From contig CM039005.1 in the NCBI GenBank assembly GCA_017499595.2, positions 1,054,001 through 1,118,000 on the forward strand: a stretch of DNA of 64,000 bases. The letters are read 5' to 3'. A model generated the notes under the pieces. The model was not told the origin of the DNA. It ran no database searches and saw only the letters and a program-made list of their open reading frames with translations. The translations under genes and the position numbers were made by a program. Shown piece after piece: positions 24,540-35,779 of the stretch (the stretch's first letter is position 1; every line of letters begins with the position of its first letter). The DNA comes from Psilocybe cubensis (taxonomy: Eukaryota).

Positions 24540-25881
24540 TTAGTGAATAGTATCAAGTGTTGACGCCCCCTTGCCCCCACAAATGAACAGGATTCTCTTC
24601 CACTTCTTGAACTTTTCATCAGGGGATATCGTTTGATATTTCCGATAGCTAGGTGTGCTCTCTTTATGCCAAATCTCATGAGCGAGATATGTTTGATCTA
24701 ATTGAGACACAATACCACGTAATTTTTCCAAAGATTGAGAAGCGGTTGGTCGGAGCTCAGGGTTAGGACATCTCATGATGTCTCTGAGGGGTTCCAGAAA
24801 GTCGAGTCCTTCATATAACTGATGCAAATGAGATTCATCCCTCAAAACAGTAACTAGAATTACCTCGATGAGCGTTTTGACTAGAGATCCGACCTGGTAT
24901 ACATCCAATTTAAAGGGATCGTACGGCACTGTTACGGACATTTCTGGGACGTCTTTCACCTGCCCATATCTACCGATGGTAAGGGAGTTTGGGGGGAAAA
25001 TTTCGGCTGTTTCGAAGTCAATCAAGTAGTACTTGACCCGTGGAACTAAACATCGGTCCCTAAAGTGAATACGAGTTACGCCGTCAGGTTGGTGCCAGTT
25101 ACATGCGAAGTGAAACCCGCTGGGAATGACATCTGTTGGGTCCATCATGAAGTTGTGATTGCAAGCGTCGCTAAATAATCCATTTGTAGCGTGTGTGAGT
25201 GAAGAAAACATTGAGTTGCCATCATAAAAGCACATACCGATGGGCAATCCTATGCTCATGCAGAAAGACGATACCCTTTAAATTAATTCCACTGGTGAGC
25301 CAATTACATTGCTTAGAAATTCGGAAGAAAGTACCTCCATAATTTGATCCAGAGCATTGAGAACTTCCCTGACGTGTCGAAATGGAAGATGCGGAGCGCT
25401 TAAAGGGAAAAGCTTTGGCATCACAAGCAGCGCCGAAGGTTGTGGGAAGGTATCGCTCGTATGAGGAACTGCAATTACTTCTAGTAGGCGCACAACGTTA
25501 TTTCGTGGATCCTTGAGCATTTCCGGAGAATTCAAGTATTGTAGAAGTGGCACATTGTCTTCTTCCAACATTACTCTCTTAATCACCACTTCAACACCGT
25601 CTTTTATTCGTACAGCATCCATGAGCTTATGGCGCTAGATCATTCAGAGTCAGTATGAGTAGGGACGAGAGTAGGCGGCCTCATACAAACAGAGGAATAC
25701 TATCCGGACACTCCATTATGCGTCTAAAATTCCAATTTTTTTTCCAGGATGGCTTCCAGTCTGGCTGATATCTGGGGCGGAGTCTATACCCATGAGAAAG
25801 TAGAAGTGGTTGCAACATGACCCATTCCTTTTCTCCAAATGTACGCTCGGAGAATGACGCAATCTTAATAGGGTCGGCCAT
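24540..25881 (-). CDS. AgaK1-type kinase-like protein, copy 2
   Basis: GYRLRPRYQPDWKPSW, DAVRIKDGVEVVIKRV, HR|DACNHNFMMD, YYLIDFE and VPEMSVTVPYDPFKLDVYQVG; five exons. Confidence 0.87.
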
Positions 25882-26476
25882 TACAGTGCTGAAGATTGAA
25901 GCAAAAACTTTTAAAACCGGATGGATACAGAATTAGATGCAACCCAAAAGAGGCTCCGAGAGAACAGCAGAATTTGACAGTTTCGAATAGACAAGAATGA
26001 CTAGAGTGAACGGGTTAGCAGCACTTCTTTGAATCACTCATCAAGTTCGAGTCCTGGTTCGAAAGGGCCTCAATAAGTCAGCTCTTTATTTGTTCCTGAG
26101 ACTCATGTTAAACAAAGCCACTGATACAATTCTTTGTCACGTACTTAGCACTTCTATTTATAGCAACGGGACATCTGGAAGGTCGAACGTTGGTCGAACG
26201 CCAACACACTGAACAAACCAACTGGGCCAGCAAGATCACCCAGAAGGTCGTCATAGGGCAGGGCATAGTGTGAATAGTATCGGTGTCGTGTTCAAACACT
26301 TTTGGATATCCATCCAACTTCGACACCGAGCAAGAACAACCTTGAACTAAGATTAGCTTGATGGTACTTCCAAATCTTTAAATTGTATACGTGAAAGTGG
26401 TATACATCATACTGTGTTTGAATACAAGACTATACCAGACTTGAAATATAATTCGAGAATCGAGATAGCACGCGTA

Positions 26477-27825
26477 TTAAAGAACATTGAGTCTTGTCGA
26501 CTTGTTGGCCCCACAAATTAACTGAGCCAATTTCCCAAATTTCCACCATTTTGCCTTCTCATCAGGAGATACAGTTTGATATTTCCGAAAAATGGGTGTA
26601 CTGTCTTTGAGCCAAATCTCATAAGAGAGATAAGCTTGATCTAGTTGAGATACAATACTACACAATCGACTCAAAGATTCGGAAGCGGTTGGTCGGAGTT
26701 CAGGGTTAGGACATCTCATGATATCTCTAAGGGGCACCAGAAAGTCAAGTCCTTCATATAACTGATAAAAAATGAGTTTCAGTCCTCAAAAGGGTCACTA
26801 GAATTACCTCGATGAGCGTCTTGACTAGAGATCCGACCTGGTATACATCCAATTTGAAGGGATCGTACGGCACTGTTTCAGACATCTCTGGGACGTCTTT
26901 CACCTGCCCATATCTACCGATGGTAAAGGAATTTGGGGGAAAAATTTGTGCTGTTTCAAAGTCAATCAAGTAGTACCTGAGTTGTGGAAATGAACACCGG
27001 TCCCTAAAGTGAATACGAGTTACGCCGTCAGGTTGGTGCCAGTCGCATGCGAAGTGAAAGCCGCTGGGAATGACATCGGTCGGGTCCATCATGAAGTTGA
27101 GATTGCAAGCGTCACTGAATAATCCATTTGTAGCGTGTGTGAGTTGAAGAGACATTGAATTGCCATCATAAAAGCACATACCGATGGGCAATCCTATGTT
27201 CATGCAGAAAGACGATACCCTTTAAATAAATTCCATTGGTGAGCCAATTACATTGCTTAAAAATTCCGAAGAAAGTACCTCCATAATTTGATCCAGAGCA
27301 TTGAGAACTTCCCTGACGTGTCGAAATGGAAGATGCGAAGAATTTAAAGGGAAAAGCTTTGGCATCACAAGGAGAGCCGAAGGTTGTGGGAAGGTATCGC
27401 TCGTATGAGGAACTGTAATTACTTCTAGTAGGCGCACAACGTTATTTCGTGGATCCTTGAGCATTTCCGGAGAATTCAAGTATTGTAGAAGTGGCACATT
27501 GTCTTCTTCCAACATTACTCTCTTAATCACCACTTCGACACCATCTTTTATTCGTACAGCATCCATGAGCTTATAGTACTAGATCATTCAGAGTCAGTAT
27601 GAGTAGGGACGAGAGCAGGCGGCCTCATACAAACGGAATAATACTATCCGGGCACTCCATTATGCGTCTAAAACTCCAATTTTTTTTCCAGGATGGCTTC
27701 CAATCCGGCTGATATCTGGGGCGGAGTCTATATCCATGAGAAAGTAGAAGTGGCTGCAACATGACCCATTCTTTCTCTACGGATGAGAGCTCTGACAGTG
27801 ATACTTCAAGTTGATGATCGGCCAT
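26477..27825 (-). CDS. AgaK1-type kinase-like protein, copy 3 (tandem duplicate of copy 2)
   Basis: Same motifs and intron positions as 24540-25881; the core is nearly identical at nucleotide level with an offset of ~1944 bp. Confidence 0.87.
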
Positions 27826-28660
27826 ATTAATATGCAGGAAATAGACAGTACGTGTAGCCCAGCAAATACTCTAATACATTTGCGTCGGACACGAGTAGAT
27901 GAGAAAGTGGTTTGCAAAGAGTCGTTAGCAAGCACAGGTCCAGGTTCGAGAGGGAGCAAACCTGGAGCAAACGTAGTTCTACACCGAGAGACGTATTTTA
28001 TTTGTTTTTGGGACTCGTGCTCAATAAGTGTACATAAAAGCAACTCAAGCCTTGACCAATTCCAAATTTCCAATCTAATTCGCATTGCCTTTTGCTTCGT
28101 TAGACTCTTCCTTGTGTTCCAAGGCGCGTTTTGAGATAGTTGTTGGGCCTTTGCTGACCTCTTTCTTGGGCCACGGCGGTTCGGTCCTGAGGTAAGTCTT
28201 GCAATCTATCTAGGATCTTGTCCAAATTCTCGCGGATTTGAAGCAAAATTAGGCATTTCACTGTCCGTTTCTGACGGATTTGAGGGCGCCGCAGGCCGAC
28301 CATTGTCCGGATATGGGGGATTTCAGGCCAGAATTGCAGGGTTATTGGAACGTTAGCAGCAAAAAGTAACTTTTTTATCCCAATTCCAGTTCGCTTCCCG
28401 GGAACTTTGTCATCCAACCAGCCAAGGCTTATATGTTGCCCATTTAAAAATAGCCTGCGACGCGTAGCTTCACGAATTTCTCACTGTTGATCCTTGGCTT
28501 TTCCTCAGGCGACAGTTGGTCATGAGGCATCAGGTCAGATACCCGAACAATCTCAGCACTTTTGCATGAAACCCGATATCCTAGACTAGGTTGTATATAT
28601 AATGCCAGCGGATGATTCGTTATCTTTTCTTCGATTCATCAACCCACTTGTCACTGCGAA

Positions 28661-30789
28661 ATGGCGTCGACGACAGGCTCGTTCACCTTTATTGGCGCCC
28701 TTCTTGCCGTCTGGGCTCTCAGAAAGCTAGTGGGTTCGATTGTGTCCAGAAATAAACGGGCGCCTTATCCACCGGGGCCTAAACCAAAGCCAATCATCGG
28801 CAACTTGCTTGATTTTCCAATGGAATATAGCGCTCGGGTGTACGCCAAGTGGGGAGAAGAGTATAACAGTGGGTTTTCGAGTCTGGCTTATCATTAATGT
28901 GATATTAAATCATCTGTAGGTCCTATCGTACACGCTGAATCTCTAGGAAATCATGTTACTGTTTTGAATAAACGAGAGGATGCAGAAGAATTGCTTGAGC
29001 AACGGGCAAAGGTGTACTCCGATAGGGTCACCATGCCTATCTTTAATTTGTAAGCGTTTGGTGCGCTCAAGCGATTTTGGGTGTTGAGTATGCAACAGAT
29101 TAGGATGGGAGTACAACGTTGCTCTAATGCCGTACGGGGATGAATGGAGACAGCATAGACGGGTTTGCCAACAGAATTTCAACCCGCACGCTGCGCAGAG
29201 ATACGAAACGATCCAGCTGGATAAAATTCGACGCTTCCTCAAAGGTCTTCTTGAAACGCCAGAGGATTATGCAAACCACAGTAAACAGTATGTCATTACT
29301 CTTCCAAATCTTGATTGCCAATTCACAAGTGTGCGACAGGTTCTCGATCGGTGTACCTATGGCTATGATGTATGGGTATGACATAAAGTCTGTCCACGAT
29401 CCTGTCATTGAGGTAGCAGAGGAGGGAAATATCCTTGCGGCAACACTAATCGTGCCCGGCGGGAGTCTCATTAATGTTTTCCCTTTCCTTCGGCATATTC
29501 CTGCTTGGTTTCCTGGAGCGTCATCTCGTCAAAAAGGCAGTGAAAGTAAAGCAGTTGACTGAAGAGATGATGAGGATACCAACGGACTTTGTCCAGAAGA
29601 GTATTGTAAGCATCGTTCACCAGTGGGTGCTTGGAAGAGACTGACCGACAACGTTGTGATAGGCAGACGGAACGGCCACTTCTTCCCTTGTGACAGATTT
29701 CTATGAGAAGAAATACGCTGTTGGATCCACAAAAGAGGAAGAAGATATCGTCCAAAATATTGCGTACACAGTTTATGGAGGCGGGTATATTGTTGGCTCT
29801 CGAGGTACAAGATACTAAAATTACTATTCATCCAGGCGCTTCCGATACCGTATGTTTTATCGAAGAAATCCACCTGATTTCAGATTAACCTCACCTTTGT
29901 CTAGACAATCTCATCTACCGGGACTTTCTTCTACAATATGCTTATGAACCCTGGTGTCCAAAAGAAGGCTCAGGCTGAGCTTGATCGCGTCCTTGGCTCG
30001 AAGCGCTTGCCAACATTGGAAGATCGCAAGTCCCTTCCATATATCGAAGCGATATACAGGGAGGTGCTTCGAATTAGGCCACCATTACCGATCTGCCTCC
30101 CGCATCGCTCTACTGAGGACGATATTTACAAAGGCTACTTTATACCTAAAGGTAAGTTGTAAAGCAAACGGCGTTCGATTTTTATTGACGTCCATCGACA
30201 GGCAGTGCTGTCATTCCCAACGTCTGGTAAAGACATTATTCATTTATTCCCTACGTTGAACTCACTGTTTGTTATCAATCAAGGGCGATGACTCATGACG
30301 AAAGCGTATATGAAGAACCTTTCAAATTCAAACCAGAAAGATTCTTCAACGCAGATGGTAGTCTAAACAACGACGACAGAATACTTGCGTACGGCTTTGG
30401 GCGCAGGTGAGAGGCTATATATTGTTGATTTCCTGTACAGTCTCAAACTCCAACACGATTAGAGTTTGCGTAGGCAAACACGTCGCGAGTAATTCCGTAC
30501 GTCTTTCAATTTTATTAGAAGTGGTTGACCGCTTACCAGTCGTTGTAGATGTGGCTTCTGATTGCTTCGATCCTCGCGTGCTTCTCAATAGAGCCAGCGC
30601 GAGACAAGGACGGGAAGGAAATCGAGATCAACCACGAATATTCCGAGTCTGGGTTTATGAGGTGTGTCTCTATCTACTTTCCATGCGAGTCTGGCTAACA
30701 CCGATTATAGTCGCAAGCTCGAATTCCAATGTTCATTCGTTGTCCGGTCACCCGATATTGAAAAGGTGATTTTGGATCCAAACGAGTGA
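28661..30789 (+). pseudogene. Cytochrome P450 (CYP5144/OrdA-like) with one +1 frameshift: recent pseudogene or homopolymer sequencing error
   Basis: All P450 motifs are present (PPGPKP, WRQHRR, YGGASDT, EVLR, FKPERF, YGFGRR|VCVG; TGA at 30787-30789). The A5 run at 29531-29535 shifts the frame to a TGA at 29560-29562. P450 identity is secure; pseudogene status is not. Confidence 0.65.
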
Positions 30790-31224
30790 TATAGGACTAT
30801 AGGAGATACCTTTGGCCCTACGGATATCGTTGGTACATGATATTGTAGCCCTCGAAAGCTCATATGATGCTATAAGCATTGAAGAATTTATGATATGCAT
30901 TTTTTTGTCATGTAGCATAAATGTAATGACTACACTTTCAATGGTGTATAGCGATATTGGTTAGAGTGAGGATCCTTGAGTTGAGACCCGATCCATTTGG
31001 TAAACAATCTATTTGTAACATGTCTCTAATTTCAAACAATTTAGAACCACGAGCCAAGGATTGATGATTATACATTGACTTGTATCTGTAAGGCGGCATT
31101 AAGATGCCATTACAAACGTTCTTTTTGTTGTGCATGAATTTGAGAGACAAGCGTATCCATTCGTGCGGCGATGACTGTTATGACCCCCCCCCCCTAAATC
31201 CCGCTATTTTGATTCCATTCCACA

Positions 31225-31348
31225 GGTGAGATGGCCGAGCGGTCTAAGGCGCCAGACTAAGGAACAACCAGGATATTTGATATCTACCGGGCACGCAACC
31301 CACCAAATCTGGTCCTCCGGGGCGTGGGTTCGAATCCCACTCTCATCA
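31225..31348 (+). tRNA. tRNA-Leu(AAG) with a 44-nt canonical intron
   Basis: Acceptor stem GGTGAGA/TCTCATC; A-box TGGCCGAGCGGTCTAAGGC; anticodon stem CCAGA/TCTGG with AAG at 31259-31261; intron 31263-31306 after position 37; long variable arm; GGTTCGAATCC T-arm; T5 Pol III terminator at 31353-31357. Confidence 0.93.
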
Positions 31349-32154
31349 CATCTTTTTGAACATATTTTACGCTTGATATGTCAAGATAATGCATTTGGAA
31401 TAACCAAAAACCAGGAAAATGGGTAGCAGGACATAATAGGATAAATTTTTTTCTGTTGCTCTGAGCTTTGATTTTACGGGTAGAATAGTAGTATAATACT
31501 TCTTTTAGGGTGGGTACAACATTATAATGCTCAGTTTATCTGATGTGGAGGCTCGAACGACTTTCTTTTCGTTTTGGCGCCCATACAGTGAAAATTTTAT
31601 GAAGTTCAGACGGTCACGTGATGGCCACACTGGCGACAAAATTACCGGACTCAAAGTTGCATGAGACGGTTTTCGATGGGAAAGGCAGAAGTGTAAAGGC
31701 GAGTTCTTTTGTATCCATAAATCCACCCATCCGTTCACGATGACAGGAATGGATCGGAAGGCCGTGTATTTGAGGGTTGACCTCCTGATCAGTGATCACT
31801 TTCACTTTTGTGCATGTTGCTACATGACTTCGCTCGGAAGGTCGTATCTTTGAGCCCATTCTGCAAGCGCCACAATCTGACAAGCTCTGAATAGCAGATG
31901 GGACAGCGGAACACCGCAATATCGGTTCGATTACCGAGAGGACAGAGGGCTTAATCGACAGTCTTGGATAGATATCTAGTGCGTATTTGATTTGAACTGA
32001 TCAAACCTTTAAACCGAAACGCGTTTCCACTCTCATAGCATGCACCTTTGAGGATGAAGCATATGGCTTGATGTGTTTTTGGCAGTTGAGAGGATCTCTT
32101 GACATGCATCAACAAGGATCGACTAGCATTCATTTTGTCGCACAGGCCGTTACT

Positions 32155-32977
32155 AGGACCCCTGAAAATACCCCAAAATGCCTGATCCAAAATGGCCAAA
32201 ATTTGCGGAATTTTATCCGGACAGATTTTCCAAAATCTTATCCGGACGGCGGATCTACCATGAGGATTTTCGAATTTTTATCCGGACAGATATCTGGCCT
32301 CCAAAATTTCCTAAAATGGAAATTTTTCTCCAAAAACGCCCGAAAAAGGTGAATTTGAGCTCGCAACCGCTCGCAGACGCTCTTGTACGCTACAAAGAAG
32401 TATAATTGATTGAAAAAGATGTAACGTAGACCATTTGAAAGTACTATAGATGTTTTGGGCAAGAGGAAGAATATATCTACACTAATTAGTTTTGTGGCTA
32501 ACTTTCATTTTCCTCTTCCTCAAGCTGGTTTCCCGTCTTTTTCCTTGAATTCAGCTGCTCCAATGCGTTCAGAACCGCCCCACTCTTTGTATCACTGATT
32601 TATCTGTACAAAATTCAATCATCTTCAGAAATTCAAAGCCCCGAAGGAGTAATTTCTGGGGTATGTTTAACCATACACGTAAAATTTTGGAAGTACATAC
32701 ACGAAAGCTTAGTTTAGTGGTTAAGCCGTCTATGTAAGTCTGACTTTTCTTGACCGTCGTAAGTTCGAGACGCGTCTGTGTCCAAGTTTTATCCGGACCC
32801 TGTCCGGACCTGGATCTAGCTTCTGTCGGCTTCCCAAATTCTTATCCGGAAAATCCGGTGTGGCGTCAAGCAAAATTTTCTCAAATTTTATCCGGACAGT
32901 CCTATGGCATGACGACAAATTTTCTCAAGTTTTAGCCGGAAGTGGATCAGGGATTATAGGGTATTTTCAGGGGTCCT
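32155..32977. mobile_element. Non-autonomous TIR DNA transposon (MITE-like, 8-bp TSD, possibly hAT), 823 bp
   Basis: 19-bp perfect TIR AGGACCCCTGAAAATACCC, extending to 35 bp with 3 mismatches. Exact 8-bp direct repeat CCGTTACT at 32147-32154 and 32978-32985. Seven subterminal TCCGGA motifs. Confidence 0.88.
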
Positions 32978-34072
32978 CCGTTACTTCGGACTGATTCCAA
33001 AGAAGCAATAGAAGAGCCTTCGCATACACGTATATTAATTGGCAGGCTGGGGAAATGTGGGGAAGATAGATGGAGATGCGTTATCTAATCTACTTCCTTC
33101 CATTTCTGCTTTTTTGACGCGAGAGAGCGAGCTTGAACAGCGGCGCATGCAATGAATATCCCCATCGATGGTCAGGAATTCATCCACCAGGTTTATGCTG
33201 CATTTCAAAGACATGTTTGGTTGACTACTTGATTAGCGCTTCGAGCGCTTCATGAGTCATTATGTTCAGTTCAAGAGGTTACAAGCGCTTAGGGAGGTCA
33301 GTTGATTTGCATACGAGTCCAATAATGCCCAAGTATAGGAGATGAGCTTTGATTTCTGTCCCATGATCAAAATCTGCATGTTTTGTAGTAGCCCAGACCG
33401 TGTCTCCAATCTCGTCGTCGTCGTTGTTTAATTTCAAAATAGGTCTCTTGATTTTCTGTTCGAGCTATAACGGTTCCCTGACCCCAACAAGCTCATTAAA
33501 CACCCCGTTATACCCATCGCCGTATCTCCTTAGAACGAGTGCGAAGGGTCACTCGTCGCACGGCATTCCGACGGCTCGCACTGCGTTCCGAAGTTCTACG
33601 ATATCGTTGACAATACTGGTCTGGAGGCAATGCAAACGTTGAGAAATTCTGCAGGGTTCCACTGCTCGCACCGAGAGTTGGAGGGCAAAAGGCTCCTATC
33701 AAGATTGTGCAGAGGTGTGTAGGCTATGTTTAGTCATGGTGATTGCCGGGACGGCCCAGGGTGGCGGATTCTAGGCTTTGGGCTATTCTAGGACCAAGGC
33801 TACGCGATGGATTACATCTAGACTCCAATCGTGAACAAGCTCCTTCCTTCTCCTCAATGGCCGTTCGCGCGCCTCTCGATCAGCATCATCTTGGGTCTCG
33901 GCTGTCTCAAACCCAGACCCAGTGTCTTGTCTGCTCCATTGGCCCAACATGAGACCTGCGGGGGTATATAGACCATTCCTTTTGTCAGGTTTTCGTAAAC
34001 ACAAACCCCAGCTCATAACTTGTTATCTACAGACGAGTTATCTCTTCCAACAACATCTTTGAATCATCAGCT

Positions 34073-35465
34073 ATGTCCCAACAAATCCCCACTTCTCAGA
34101 AGGTCGCCATCGTCGCCAGCTCTGGCAGCCCAGTCCAGGTCAAGGACCATCCCGTCAAGAAACCAGAAGAGCTCGCTCCTGGGGAATGTCTCCTCAAGAT
34201 GCACTGCACTGGTGTCTGCCACACCGACCTGCACGCCGCCATGGGTGATTGGCCTGTGAAGCCCATGACTCCCCTCATTGGTGGCCACGAAGGTGTCGGC
34301 ACCGTCATTGCCATTGGCAAGAACACGGAAAAATCGCCTGTCAAGATCGGCGACCGCGTTGGCGTCAAGTGGATTGCCGACTCTTGCCGCGATTGCGAGC
34401 AGTGCAGAAAGGGCCACGAGCAGAGTAAGCTTTCGATTTGCTTGTATCTTTTCTTTGGATCTCATTCCATTTGTAATTAGATTGCGAAAACGTCAAGATC
34501 AGCGGCTACACTGTTGATGGAACCTTCTCCCAATACCTTGTGGGTTTACTCCATTTCTCCCCAACTCTCATTATCTGACGCTCCACAGGTATCATACGTT
34601 CACTCCGTCACTCCCATTCCAGAAGGTCTCGAAAGCGAGGCTGCTGCCTCTATCCTTTGCGCTGTACGTCATATCTTACACCAATCTACCGCTTTTCTGA
34701 CTCACGGTCGTTTCAGGGTGTTACTGTGTATCGCGCTTTGAAATACAGCGAGTCTAGCCCAGGTGACTGGGTAGTTCTTCCAGGAGCCGGTGGAGGTCTT
34801 GGACATCTTGGTGCGTTGTGCTCAATCAAGCATACATCTATCTATTCCTTATCATTCTTTCGTGTACAGCCGTGCAATATGCCAAGTACATGGGTCTCCG
34901 TGTAATTGCCATCGACGGTGGTGAAGAGAAGCGCAAGTTGTGCATGGCTCTCGGTGCTGAACAGTGGATCGATTACACCCAATCAAAAGACATCGTCGCC
35001 GATGTCAAAAAATTGACCGACGGCCGTGGTGCTCATTGTGCTGTTGTTACCACCGCATCTGTATGTTTTACTTTATCTGGCGCTGGAATTCTGGTCTGAC
35101 AAGTGTTTCAGTCATCTGGTTACACCCAGGCTATCGATTATCTTCGTGACAACGGCCACTTGATGGCAGTAGGATTACCTGCAAAGGCGACTCTCGACGC
35201 CTCCATTTTCTTCACTGTATTCAAGAGCATCACAATTCACGGTTCTTACGTCGGAAACCGTCAAGATGCTATGGAAGCTATCAACATTGCCGCCACTGGC
35301 GCCGTGAAATGCCATTACAAGCTGAGAAAGTTGTCCGAAATTTCCCAGTACGTCTTATCTTCCGGCCTTTGGGTTGTACCTATATCAATTTTTCATTCTT
35401 TTAGGGTGTATGACGACCTCGCCAAAGGAAAGATTGCAGGCCGTGTCGTTCTTTCCATGGATTAG
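34073..35465 (+). CDS. ADH1: Zinc-dependent alcohol dehydrogenase (MDR family, yeast Adh1-like)
   Basis: GVCHTDLH, GHEGVG, structural-Zn CRDCEQC, GAGGGLGHL nucleotide-binding motif, GSYVGNR and GKIAGRVVL. Orthology to ADH1 itself is not proven. Confidence 0.93.
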
Positions 35466-35779
35466 AGGGCTGTCGATGAATTAGATTGTAAATTTGAAGG
35501 ATTTTACGCATTGTATATTAACCACTACCTATATTGAACACCAAAATTGTATTACTTTACTAAAATGTTCTTTATAAATTTCTGAATGGAATAAGTTGTC
35601 ATTGGCAGCGAAAAATGCACTTGAAGTTGTGTGGCTGTGCAACTTGCTTGTGTTTGCTTTTGCGTGATTGTTCATCAGCGCGTCGTGCAACACTAGGCGA
35701 GCTAACTCTTGTCGCCATTGAAAACGAACTCCATCGACCATACTGAGCTTAACGGACCCCTTATCGTCTGTCTACAGCC

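Noticed and set aside
28290..28330. TGTCCGGATATGGGGGATTTCAGGCC, resembling the right end of the 32-kb MITE
   Set aside because: Similarity is short; no partner TIR or TSD found.
14774..30789. Psilocybin (psi) gene cluster
   Set aside because: No PsiD-like decarboxylase or PsiM-like methyltransferase; the kinases are AgaK1-type and not PsiK-like; the P450s are only generic family relatives.
31226..31426. 66-aa ORF
   Set aside because: Overlaps the tRNA-Leu gene.
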